This document shows positions 1 through 10,878 of a DNA stretch of 33,737 nt, piece after piece (position 1 is the first letter of the stretch; each line of letters begins with the position of its first letter). The stretch is from the NCBI GenBank assembly GCA_032718475.1, contig JAUCBJ010003294.1, positions 1 to 33,737 of the forward strand. Direction: 5' to 3'. The notes under the pieces were generated by a model. It worked only from the letters and a program-made list of their open reading frames with translations. It was not told the origin of the DNA and did no database searches. Made by a program: the position numbers and the translations under genes. Source of the stretch: Nemertoderma westbladi (Eukaryota; Animalia; Xenacoelomorpha).

Positions 1-19
1 ATAAACTCATATAGCAGAT

Positions 20-1180
20 ATGGTTGAGTTGATAGAAGATGATCTTGGTATCAGGGAGATATACTCTACCTTTACAAGCGTTTGTTGATAGCTTAATACG
101 CGGCGATGTTGGTCCAACTGCTGCGGAGGACGACGGTCGTTATATCGAACCGCCAATGTCCCAAGAGCAACTCGCGCGCGAGTTGGACTATAGAAAATTC
201 GCCGCTCGATATACGCAGCGTAATGGTACATATATGGACCTCTTAACTACTGGACATTCTATCGATTTACACGATACGGACTATGTCGAACATATCCTAC
301 CCAGAGGAGTCGAAACGATAAACCAAAATTCTAATGCGAAAATCCTATTCGAAATTGACTCGAAAGAAAAGACATTAAAGAAACAAATAAACGCGGTAAC
401 TCCAACATATATTTAGAATTCTTGATAGAAGCATTGTAACAACAAATAAATATCATCCGCGTTTCCCCTACCAGACGTGCGTCTTTGGTATTATTACGAT
501 AAATGCCCTAGACCCAGCCAGTGGACGGAAAGACATAAACATCCACGGAAACGTTGTGTTAAACACAGTTGTGCTCGTTATATTTACTGGAGTTTCGAGC
601 GAAACTTGTTTGACGTATCACCTATGCTCACTCGGCTCGAACGATCCTGGAGTAAACCTACGATCAGAGTCCCGGAATACTCGGTCAAACCTCCTCATTC
701 CTTAGTTGGACCTCAGACCTGCGATCCTGGTGGTGTCGCGGATCCTCGCGGACTGTATTCACTGTTCAAAGATCTAGTGCTACCCTAACAATTAATCGGT
801 AACACTCCGACAGTGATTTCTAGCTAGCCGCCCATCTTACCTAGCCGGATTGTGATGCGGACACCTAATATCACTATCCAACCGTATGGTCGTTCCCGTT
901 TAACGCGATACAACCCTTCATCAAGGTGAAGGAGAGCGTTGTACGAAACGAGTTAAACGCTATTCTATAAAGATCAAAAAAGAAACCTGCGTTTGTTCAG
1001 ATAAACGTAAGTTATAACAGTAAGTCCAATCGATAAACGAATTGGCCTTATCTCAGTTCGATTGGGAAATCTCGAATCTCTAAGAAGATATCAAGCTTAG
1101 AAAACCCTATTCTCTGCGAGAGTTTTGGACGAACGTATCCCATGACAAGCGGAGGAAAATCAGCTCGAGGAGAAGCATAT
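20..1180 (+). pseudogene. Decayed ORF-like cargo region of unknown function in the sister LTR element
   Basis: ATG at 20 matches the ATG at 13898(-). ORF-track pieces 39-416 and 477-788 are homologous to 13452-13898 and 12986-13414. Broken by a 2-bp deletion near 57, a deletion of about 25 bp near 290, and stops. Confidence 0.55.
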
Positions 1181-1418
1181 CGAAATGGACGAGACACCGA
1201 CCGTAAACCCAAACCTTCTAATGCAATTGTATTGCACCCTTTACCCAGGAGTTATAGCCTTTCTAGTAAAGTGGCTCGCCCCAAAGAGAAAAGGACTCTT
1301 GCTGGCCTCGGGAAACTGCGTGAACGCCGTCCGTGCAAGAAAAACTAACTGTTTAGAGTATCTTTATGTTTTAGAAACTGTGATTTTAATATTTTATAGA
1401 CTGAAAATCCTATTTTCT

Positions 1419-1426
1419 GGGAGCGG
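1419..1426 (+). promoter_or_regulatory. Short polypurine tract (GGGAGCGG) before the 3' LTR
   Basis: Purine-rich run directly abutting the LTR-initial TGT at 1427. Confidence 0.6.
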
Positions 1427-2668
1427 TGTAAAAGCCTTTGCTGAATTGCCCCGTTATTTTTCTTATTTTTCCATTAAAATACTCTGTAGTTGATTTAATA
1501 GGAGTAAGAGACCGTATTATTGCTGTATCGGTGTTTTTTAGAGGATCTAAGAGCTATTTCCTCCGTATGTGTACTGTGAAAGGCATAGTTGATGATTCTA
1601 TGGCAATTCCGTGACGCAAAAGGTGATAGCTACTCTTGAACAGTAGTTACTATGACGACGGTTAACAGCTGATATTCATACATGTCGATTTTCTTTGTTC
1701 TACGGCATCTCTCAGTTCAGTCAGCCAATCAGAGCATTTTTATGGCTCTTGTACAGAAATTTCCTAGAAATCACGCAATGCGTTATGGGCAGTGTTTACA
1801 TTCTGTCCTGAGCCAGGAGAGAGCGGCTTGGGAATATTTTGTGCTTTTCTGTTTTAGCCTAACACTAGTAGGCTTAATTATAAGGACATATATCCGTTAT
1901 CAAACCAAACCTGACCTCACACTGGCCACTGGTTAACTGGCCCATACTCAATCAACGCAACATACCTAATCTAATATACCTGTGCATACTTTTATATTGT
2001 TATATTGCTATTTACTGTCGGTTCTTCATAATATGGTTGATGAATTATTATATTTGGAATAACGATAAATAACCCCGAAAACCCAATATTCTTGATATAC
2101 CGAAGGTAAGAGAGAAAGGTTACATATAACGATTGTGACTTATGTTAAAGTGGTTTGAAGTGAATCTAATGTTATTTGATAGACCCTACATGATTCGGTC
2201 CGTGTTCCTTTTATATGTGACTAAAATCAGTGAAGATCGGCAGATCAGTGTGCAGTATTGTGCAGCATTGTGTATGAGTGAGACTGATAACGAAGCATTT
2301 CCTAAAGAATGCGCCATATATGTGAATTGTAACTAAGCCATATCGTTGTGAGTAGTTTAAGTCATAACTCTGTTTATATAGATAGAGCGCCACGTCCTAA
2401 AGGAACTGTTAATATTCCCCGAAGGTGAATAATATTGTCAGAGATTATATAATACTGTCAGTCGAATAATACATTAGGCTTACATAGCAATACGATTAAG
2501 CCGTCGAACCCAATCTCCCGGGTATATCCAGCGGGTGAATGATCGCGCACCGATTGGTTTCGACTAGTGTAGTGAATCAAATACTTGTCAGAGGCTAAAA
2601 GTGATTTATTATCTAGAAGACATCCTAATTTGGCGGGTTAAACTGCCAAAGGTCTGAAAGCGCGAACA
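1427..2668 (+). repeat. 3' LTR (1242 bp) of the sister element
   Basis: Begins TGTAAAAGCCTTTG and ends GCGCGAACA. Both boundaries coincide with those defined by the LTR pair at 10879-12272 and 22599-23767. A CCAATCAGAGC box near 1725 is conserved in all three LTRs. Confidence 0.88.
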
Positions 2669-3030
2669 AAAGGATTCTAATAGTTTCTGGATCTTGGGGT
2701 AAACTCAGCTCGTTGCTTCCACATATATCGTTCATAAACAGTATGATATTAATTGTGTATAACGTGCATTTAGTCAAATCAATGAAAGAATGGCACGAAA
2801 ATTTAAGAAATAATGGGGAGGTGTGTATCTGCTCAGGTTGTTACCTTTTTTTTCACATTTGTAGTTAGTCGGTTGTTCACATTTGTACTTCTCCCCTGTT
2901 TCACTCTAACATACCTGGGGCCGGTAGGTCCGTTGTTGTTAGAGATAGGATATGCAATTTAAAACTGCCTGTACATTATAAGTGGATTAGACGTGAGAGA
3001 AACTGTCAGGGGAGAATGACTGAGCTGGTT

Positions 3031-3079
3031 AGCGCTACTACTGGCGAGGCCTGATAAGCCGAAACGTACGTGTAGCGCT
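3031..3079 (+). ncRNA. Degenerate minimal type-I hammerhead ribozyme (Penelope/retrozyme-like)
   Basis: AGCGCTA-cta-CTGGCGA-GGC(ctgataa)GCC-GAAAC-GTAC-GT-G-TAGCGCT: stem I, a CUGANGA-like core with an A>G change, stem II, GAAA, and a palindromic stem III. The cleavage position is G rather than H. Confidence 0.65.
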
Positions 3080-4197
3080 GGTTCAACCCCCCGGTGACGC
3101 GCTTTCTCACTCGAGGCCTGTCATGCTGGTGATATCCTCCACCTCCTCACCAACCTCGAACACTAAAAGACACAATCTAAAGAAGATCCACCTGCAATGT
3201 GTGAGATTGGGTGCACATGCAAGCACACACCCCAATCTTCACATACAGAATGTACAAGAGCGAACATTCCCGCTCAAGATAATCAATAAATTCAATGTGA
3301 TATGGGTCTTTCTTTGCCACCGACTCGCACTCAATCGAACTTCTAAGATCCTATGGGGATTTGTGTTCAGAATAAACTATTGTGGCATTGCAGCAGACTC
3401 GGTAATATTCAATGTTACAAGATTATGGCTGTTAATGGTTCACTGAATGTGTCAAATATCACCCTAAAGGTATTCCACAACACGACCGACTTTCACATCT
3501 CATAATGAATACATTTTTTTAATGGCGGAAATTTCAAAATATTCCTTACAGGTGCTGCACCCTGTCATGCCAGTAGTAGTGAGCCTGATATACGTGAACC
3601 TGTCATAATCCCCACATATAGTAATTGATGATACTGTACTCACTGAACAGAACGCTAGAATACATGCTGTGCATTGTATTGGATATACAATATGTTTTCA
3701 TAGTGTTTTATGTGGGTTCTCTTGAGTTAGGCATGTATGTACAGTATATGGGGACGTGTCATGACTCATTCATCTCGTAGTCATGATATGATGAGTTGTG
3801 TAGAGGGGGGATATGCTGCAACTTTCAATCAATTTGCAATGGTAGGCCTATACGTAATGTAAATGTATGTTGTGTAGCCTCTATAGTATAATGTAGGCCT
3901 ACATTTATACAGTTCATAACCAGCTCTTTATGCTTATTGTACTGTAGCAACAATATTGATTGTTGTAATATAAGGTACAGTACTACCTACATCTGTTATA
4001 TTCTTCATTTCAGTGAGATAATTCAGCTCTACAGTATTTTACATTGGATAATATAATTTTTAGTGTCATTGATAAATTTTCCAATTATTTTCAAATTTAT
4101 TTTCTTCCCCAGGAATAGCTTTATGAACGTTTTTTTAACGAGTTTTACGTAGCTTCACATCAAATTTTCAAAACTCATTTAAAACAATACGTATTAT

Positions 4198-4309
4198 TAG
4201 TCCATGAGTCAGCCGTCATATGGGGTACATTTTGTTAACCACCTGGAACTGATTTTTTCGGAAGACCCATCATTTGGTCTTCCATTTTGATGTGATAACA
4301 AATCTGAAA
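4198..4309 (+). repeat. Interspersed repeat fragment; uninterrupted paralogue of the sequence the BEL/Pao element inserted into
   Basis: TAGTCCATG..GGGGTACATTTTGTTAACCACCTGGAACT..GGAAGACC..CATTTTGATGTGATAACAAATCTGAA aligns to 10837-10878 joined to 23773-23842. Confidence 0.8.
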
Positions 4310-4526
4310 TATATCAATACTACACACACCGAGCTCTAAATTAAAAGTTTGGCTAGAACCTGACAAGAATCAAAACCCGCACTTTGAAGGCCAGACTTGT
4401 TGTGTAACACAATACAGTATACTGTGTAGAGTGTAGTCTACTTATAATAGATCAGTTTGTGTAATTAAAAACAATACAACTCAATACGAATAACCACCAA
4501 AATGTTGTTCCTGATATTTCTTATAG

Positions 4527-4562
4527 GTGGCACAACAGGTCTGAGTGTAGAAAAATGCCAAG
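4527..4562 (+). CDS. GM2A-like exon (36 nt, phase 1/1) carrying the first conserved Cys
   Basis: TTTCTTATAG|GTGGC...TGCCAAG|GTAAGT; encodes GTTGLSVEKCQ. Confidence 0.75.
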
Positions 4563-7500
4563 GTAAGTAAGTAAAGTACGTAGTGATCGTTATAATATTC
4601 CAATTCATTATAACAACACAAGGGGGCGCTAAAACCATTAGTTTCCATCCATATGCTGCCTACTATTTTTGTGCTTTATTTATTTTAATTATTTTACTTT
4701 TATTTTAAAAGCAAATAATTCATTTAAGAAATAAATGTTTTAATTACGGATTGTAATTATTGTGGTATCGGTGAAAAATATCGCCAGTTAAAATACCGAG
4801 AGTACATCCAATTCATTGTTTTCTAGGTAGCCAATCAGGAGTAAGTATTGATGATTTCAGTTTGTCGCCAGATCTGGTAGTGGTCCCTGGCAAGGTTGAC
4901 ATCAACTTGGCTTTCACCACCCAGTACACTCTAGAGAACTTGAAGGTTGAAATCTCCTTGGAAAAGGTTATCAAAAAAGCCTCGTGGTTGTTTGGAGCAA
5001 TAACTGCACAAATTCCATGCCCGGAAAACCTTAGAGCCAAATCATGGTAAGTTACGTAAACGTTACGAAACTGGGACACACAGGGTCCATGACCTAAAGT
5101 AGGCCTACAGTAGGATGCATTGCTCATTTAAGGAATTTTACATTGTACAACCACGGTAATTACTTCTCCTTTCTTAGTCTAAAGCAATTTTTCGCATCGT
5201 AGGGAAATTCATTCAAATTTAGGCTTGAGGTGATATTGTTCTTCCGTATAATAACCGAGTGGTGAGAGAAACCGTGTGGGTCAGCTATTGATATCTCCTA
5301 ATGGATACAAGAAGTATAAGTACGGTTTAGCTGTTCGGAAATGTTTCGATTCATACATTGTGTAGGCCTAGGCCCTGCTGCTAGCGATGGTTTGGTTTGA
5401 GTATATTTATAGGCTGACATATTTGAATAACCTATAATTAGTACATAATGTTTTGCATTATTGATTGCATTAATTAATTTAGGCTGTTATTTTCACTTCT
5501 CCCATCTTCAGAAAAAAGGGTAAAAAGGGTAAATGTCTGAGAAAAAGGAAAAAAAGGTGTAAATGCGAGGCCTGCACATTGAGATTGCTATGCTGACTTA
5601 ACAATAAATTTGTGCTGCCATCATGCATTCCTCAATAGGTATGCTGCAATGTAGCTGACATTACGTATGCTATACCGGCTTATCGACGAAATTGCGCCAC
5701 CACAACTTCCTTTCCCCATGACTTTCGCGTTGAGATTATCCGCAACGTCAAGGCCAGTGTCCTTTAGGAGGCCTCTCACGAAAGTCTTGGGCTTTCCACC
5801 TTGCTTATTATGTCCTTAAGGCTGCCAAAGCACATGATTGTGCACAGGCTGGTCCTCACTGCGAAAATAATGTCCTGTAAAGCTGAGGCGGATTTGTTCA
5901 AGTATCAAGCTGGGGTGAACAATGATAGGCCTACACCTGCAATTTTATTTAGTGTCTGGTTGATGTGTGCATTGTATATACTCGACACATTGAACCAGAT
6001 GATGTAACATTATTGTGTACGTATCATACAGAGATTTTGTGTCCTTCTTTAGCAGTTTGAGCCCAGCACGGAGTCCCATAAAGGAGTACTGCTGATCTAA
6101 ATAATGGAACCTCAAGTTTCCGAGAAATTCTATGCGACTTCCACATCCTTGAAAGCCCATTCAATGCTATCCATGTCATTCCCTTACGCAATACGCATGC
6201 GAAGGTCTTCACCTGACCTCCGGATCCATATGATCCCATGTAACAATCTTAAGTGCTCATACGATCAGCCATTCACCGAGGACTATCGAAGTTAACTGTG
6301 AAGATTTTGGTCTTCTTGGAGTTAACAAAAATACCAACACTAGAAGCAGCCAGTGCTAATGAGCTGAGAGACCGTTGTGCTCCCTCTAGTGATTATGGGT
6401 TGAAATATCCTAAGCAGCAAAGTCTAAGCAACTTTAGTTAGGTGCTCGGCTGGATTTCCTCGACTTCTGCCTGGTGACAGTAGGTGGTGTTTCCATCACC
6501 TCATCATCATGATGTTGATCATGGGACATGCGTAGAACAGGTCAACCACAATTATGAATAGGAATGGTGCAAGTGTATCACGATGAGGACTCCCCATAAC
6601 ACTTCGAATGGATCTGTGTCACCATGGATGGTAGACACACATGTCATCGTCGACATTTTTGTCGGGACCATCGTACGCTGATATTACTGCTGCAATAATT
6701 TCATCAGGAATCCCATATAATGAAAGTGTGCTGAACATATGTGAGCTAGAGACTGAATCAAAGGCCTTGAAGAAGTCAATAAAGATAACAGCCAGATGCC
6801 TGTCTTTCTTTTTTGATAACTCTTCAATTATTCTTCTAAGAGCCAAAATGGGCTCCATGGTCCCGCGATCTTTACGGAACCCATTCTCATTTCCACGTAC
6901 GCCTAGCTTTTTATCAATAGAGATCAACGAGATTCCACGAAAAGATCTATAGACTATAGAGTGAAGTGATAGGTTGCCGTTCTGGGAACTAGCACCATGT
7001 TTTTTGTTTTCATTTCATGTGGGACTCTCCTCGTTCTTGGGATAAATGAGCTCCTTTAGTGCTCTTAGTGTGTAGATCAGCACCAATATGAACTATAATT
7101 TTATCTCCAGCGTCTACGACGACGTCTGCGCTATGCTTGGTCAACTCGATATCGACTGTCCCGCCACGATCGGTCAGCACACAGTCCAAGAGACCATCGA
7201 TGTTCCCCTCATCACTGCCCCGGTAAGTGCGAGTACAGTAGGCCTACTGTATGGCAGTTATGATCTACTGATCACTGTTTTGGTAAGTGCAGTTTAGGCC
7301 TACAATCTGCTTACAAATGAATTCCACAAAAAAATCATACAATAACAATTAAACAAAAAGACAATAATTCACATCAAATAATTTTTGTATGCCTACATAA
7401 CAATGTATACTATGTACTACTACTATGATCGACATGCTGCATTGCAGCTGCATTATATACTGTTATATATTAAGAATGCTGTGTCGGCTTGTCATCAAAA

Positions 7501-8306
7501 TTGCGCCGCCACAACTCCCTATCACCCATGACATTTGCTAGATTAACCGCATCTTCAAGGCCAGTGTCCTTTAAGATGCGTCTCAAGAAAGTCATGGGCT
7601 GTTCACCATGCTTATTCACTCCATGAGGCCGCCAAAGCACACGATTGTGCTCTGGCTGGTCCTCATGGTGAAAGCAATCCAATGTTGTATAGTGTCTGAT
7701 TGGAGATGTGTGCATTGTACTTGACACAATGAACCCGGCGTAGAATTCTTGTGAATGTGCCATCCAGAGATTTATTATAGGAATAAATAAATGTATAATA
7801 ACAAACACCTCGAAAAATACAGCTTGCCAACACATTGTTACGATCATCTAGAGATTTGGGTTCCTCAGCAGTTACAGCCCAGCATGGACTCCCATATAAG
7901 AGTACTACTACTACTGCCCTAAATAATCGAACCTTAAGGTTCCCTTTTATTCTATGGGAGTTCCTAATCCTGGACAGACTACTTAACGCTGCCCATGCCT
8001 TCCCCTTACGTATCCGAAGGTCTTCTCCTGAATTTCTGAATCAATGTATAGCTCTGTATAAGAGTGTAAGACTACCGCAAGGTCGCGAACTCATTGGTAA
8101 GCTTGCTAATATAGGTGTATATTAATTAGCCTAGGCCTACTGTTAGAGGTCGGGTGGGGGGTATATGTAATAAATTAATATCCCGTTTGTTTTAGGGTTT
8201 CGCTGGAACATACAACGTAAAGATTCAGCTAACTGACAAGGTTAGCGGAGAAGACCGCGGATGTTTCGACATACTAGACTTGTATATCACCAGAGATAAC
8301 AATTAA
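4527..8306 (+). CDS. GM2A: Ganglioside GM2 activator-like ML (MD-2-related lipid-recognition) domain protein, spliced: join(4527-4562,4827-5046,7111-7222,8196-8306). 5' exon(s) with start codon/signal peptide not located; orthology to GM2A unproven
   Basis: Three introns all start GTAAGT, end AG, and are phase-compatible. Joined translation: xGTTGLSVEKCQGSQSGVSIDDFSLSPDLVVVPGKVDINLAFTTQYTLENLKVEISLEKVIKKASWLFGAITAQIPCPENLRAKSCVYDDVCAMLGQLDIDCPATIGQHTVQETIDVPLITAPGFAGTYNVKIQLTDKVSGEDRGCFDILDLYITRDNN*. It matches GM2A motifs (L.PDP..VPG.V, LKV...LEK, IPC..GSC...C, CP...G, G.Y...LGC). Confidence 0.88.
4827..5046 (+). CDS. GM2A-like exon (220 nt)
   Basis: TTTTCTAG| acceptor and |GTAAGT donor; overlaps ORF 4862-5050; ends with TG of a split Cys codon. 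Confidence 0.9.
5690..6990 (-). mobile_element. Old degenerate RTE-clade LINE fragment in a GM2A-like intron, antisense to the gene
   Basis: ORF 6619-6927 encodes NGFRKDRGT..ILALRRIIE..FIDFFKAFDSV..YGIP (non-LTR RT). Downstream pieces DTLAPFLFIIVVD and MWKS..ISRKL..LFRS..LLYG plus a C-terminal remnant, with many frameshifts and stops. Confidence 0.85.
7111..7222 (+). CDS. GM2A-like exon (112 nt)
   Basis: TTTTATCTCCAG|C completes the Cys codon; encodes VYDDVCAML...CP; |GTAAGT donor. Confidence 0.9.
7490..8040 (-). mobile_element. Old degenerate RTE-clade LINE 3' fragment in the last intron
   Basis: Encodes HNRVLWRPHGVNKHGEQPMTFLRRILKDTGL..VMGDRELWR, an RTE ORF2 C-terminus. Similar to 5690-5860 and 24870-25075. 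Confidence 0.8.
8196..8306 (+). CDS. GM2A-like terminal coding exon
   Basis: TTTGTTTTAG|GGT; encodes GFAGTYNVKIQL...RGCF..., TAA at 8304-8306. AATAAA candidates at about 8408, 8466 and 8605. Confidence 0.88.
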   Translation, partial: GFAGTYNVKIQLTDKVSGEDRGCFDILDLYITRDNN

Positions 8307-8424
8307 CTCCAGAAGTGAGGGATTATCGGTGGCCAACAATGACTATACCCGTTTCTTAATAATGGCTAACTACTTTTCACAGATGGGGGTGGGGGAGGGG
8401 CATTTTGAATAAAAAATAATCCCT

Positions 8425-8590
8425 ATGGGAAAGTTGTTGCAAATAACAGCTGATTACCACTAAAAAATAAACTATAACCTAACCTGATCCATTGACTTTC
8501 ATTTATTGTTTTGGTTAGAGTAGTTTTTCCCTAAGTTTATAATTAACATTAACATTGTTTATATGCGTCAATAGCAACCCCCCGCCCCTT
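8425..8590 (-). repeat. Diverged reverse-orientation copy of the MITE-like family at 30721 and 31583
   Basis: CAAATAACAGCTGAT..AAATAAACTATAACCT..TTTATTGTTTTGGTTA is the reverse complement of motifs in 31660-31750. Confidence 0.55.
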
Positions 8591-10093
8591 CGATCTTTAT
8601 TTTCAATAAAAAGTACAGTATTTGAAGCGAATAATCATGTGCTTAATTGAATTGAGCGTGAACAAAATAATTGCTAAGTCTAATATAATATTAAATTAGG
8701 TGGCACAATATTAAGTTATGATTCAAAACGCAATGAAACACAATAAAATTATTATCAAAATAAGCTAACTGCGTATAAATGTATCTTATTCGTAATTAGG
8801 AAAGTTATATTCGCGCGACAAATTAAATTTTGCTGTTTGCATGAGTATTCGCGGAATAGTTGAAACTGATGTCTTTTATGTAAAATTAGGTTTAAATACG
8901 AGACCTAGGCCTACCGTATCATATTACATACAGTAGGTTTACTATAGCGCAATAGTGTGGTTATGTTAGTTAGTGTTTGTTTATTATGGGTCTCACCACT
9001 TACGCCATCTCCTGGAATAGTGTCTCATGATTTATATATTTTAGTCGTAGCTGAGTCCTAACTGTAGACATTAGAAAGTTGCTTTTTTCTATTTGCGGAA
9101 GGTTATTCTAATAAATACACTATATTCTTGAACATTTCCTTTATGTATGAATAGCATCTTAATATTGCTATAGTTACCCAGCTACTTATGGGATAAATGT
9201 AATGTTCTAGAATTTATTGTGTGCAGGCCTATTTATTAAATAAAATACCTGTGTGGGCTAAATAGGTTCGGTCACTTGAATTACGATAGTACATACAGTA
9301 TATTCCAGATGGTTTATACAGTATATGACACAGCACTGAATAAACAATGATATATTGCAAACATAAAAAACACTGATATTTCTACTGAGAGGGTTAAATC
9401 CGATCATTGGTAGGCCTTACAGTATGCAAATAAAAGATTAACAATTAAATGAGAAATAATTCGTAAACTTCACTAGAAATATGTCATCACAAAATTGCAA
9501 TGCTCTAGAGTTAATATGCTGAAATAATAACCTGAAGCGAATAAAACTGAATAATCACTGATGTCGTTCCAGAAGCAAATTAACCTGTATAATTACCGGT
9601 GCTGCAGGCTGAGGTTATTATATTAGGTTAATTTGCTGAAGGATAAGGCAGAAGTGATTATTACAGTTTTATTCTTTCATTCGTTGTAGGTTTTTATTTC
9701 CGTATATATACAGTATCTACAGTATAACATTAATTTGTGCGTATTGAACGTAATAACAGCATGTTGTAGGGGCCGTAATGCATTTAAAGGCATTTTTTAA
9801 GCATCGTGTTGGGCGAGTCACGTAAATCCACGCGTTGACGTCGGAAATTTTTGAACGCTAATAAGTCGTCCAATCACGGATGAAAGGGAACTAAACTTTG
9901 GTACACATAGAAAATATAGAAAATAGAAAATGTCTAGAAATTCTACACACAGACAGACTTGTGTAGTTAATCTGTTGGCCGCTAGGGGGCGAATAACTAG
10001 GTCCATTAATTGTACCTCTACGCAAAGGCTCACCTGGACTAAGTGCAGCGCGACTAAACGCTTATTCAATATTAAATTTTTCTTGCGATTTAT

Positions 10094-10340
10094 GCCTCAC
10101 CTCGTGTAGAGGTTAAACTATGTTGAATTCCTCCAGACGTCGTGGGTTCTAACCCCGTAGGCGTATCAGGATAGTTTTAGTTTTGGCACAAATGCCTTAA
10201 AGGTGTTAGCCACGCGCATCTCAGCTTGTTCCTTAAATGGTCGTTAAATGAGAACTATTTAACCCTGGGGAGTATAGTTCTGGACTCCACTGGAGCTTAG
10301 TCGTGAGACGTTGAGCCACCAGCACCTGCGAACTCCCTTT
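10094..10340 (+). mobile_element. Probable degenerate tRNA-derived SINE
   Basis: A-box-like TCGTGTAGAGG (about 10102) and B-box-like GGGTTCTAACCC (about 10144) at tRNA-like spacing, followed by a GC-richer body and a T-rich end. No complete cloverleaf. Confidence 0.4.
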
Positions 10341-10878
10341 TCTATATTTTCCTATTTGTTATAACATCCTTTCCATGTTTTTTTTTGTGTTTTTTTGTCT
10401 CTAAAAAGGTTAGGACAACGACAACACTGTATACAGTATATGTACTGAGCAGTAATTATATTTATTTTTTTAATATGTTGCTACGATTTTACTATTAGTC
10501 GGCTTGCTTATGTCGTGATTTTAGCTCCCGCAGGCTATACTTGAAGATCTTTTGCCAACAACTTTAAAAAATCGAGGGAATTTTTAGAAATCAGAAAAAC
10601 CATGTTGGCAATCGTGAATCGTGTGTTGACCTTTGCAACCGACCGAAACACCGGCGTTCCTAAATTAAATCAGCTTCTAATGCATTCCTAGTTTATATCC
10701 AAATTTAATTATGCCAAATAAATGTGCGTGGTTGCTAGACAACCCACCAAACAAATATTAATTATTCCAATATAGTATTTCAAATCGCAGTTATTTTCTA
10801 TAGGCCCTACCGACCTACTGTAGCTAACATTCCATATAGTCCATGGACCTGCCAGCATAGGGGATACTTTTTGGTAAC

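Larger units (their letters stand above)
1..2668 (+). mobile_element. 3' portion of a BEL/Pao-family LTR retrotransposon (sister of the 10879-23767 element); 5' part lies outside the window
   Basis: 1-1426 aligns as reverse complement to about 12273-13917, and 1427-2668 aligns to the LTRs at 10879-12272 and 22599-23767, at roughly 75-85% identity by eye. It ends in the same GAAAGCGCGAACA-type terminus. Confidence 0.88.

Noticed and set aside
436-474. Possible 39-nt GT..AG intron joining the two cargo frames
   Set aside because: Removal keeps the first frame, which stops a few codons later in both copies, so it does not join the frames. It is also very short for an intron.
10094-10165. tRNA gene
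   Set aside because: The A and B boxes are degenerate and no full cloverleaf can be drawn; treated as a SINE head.
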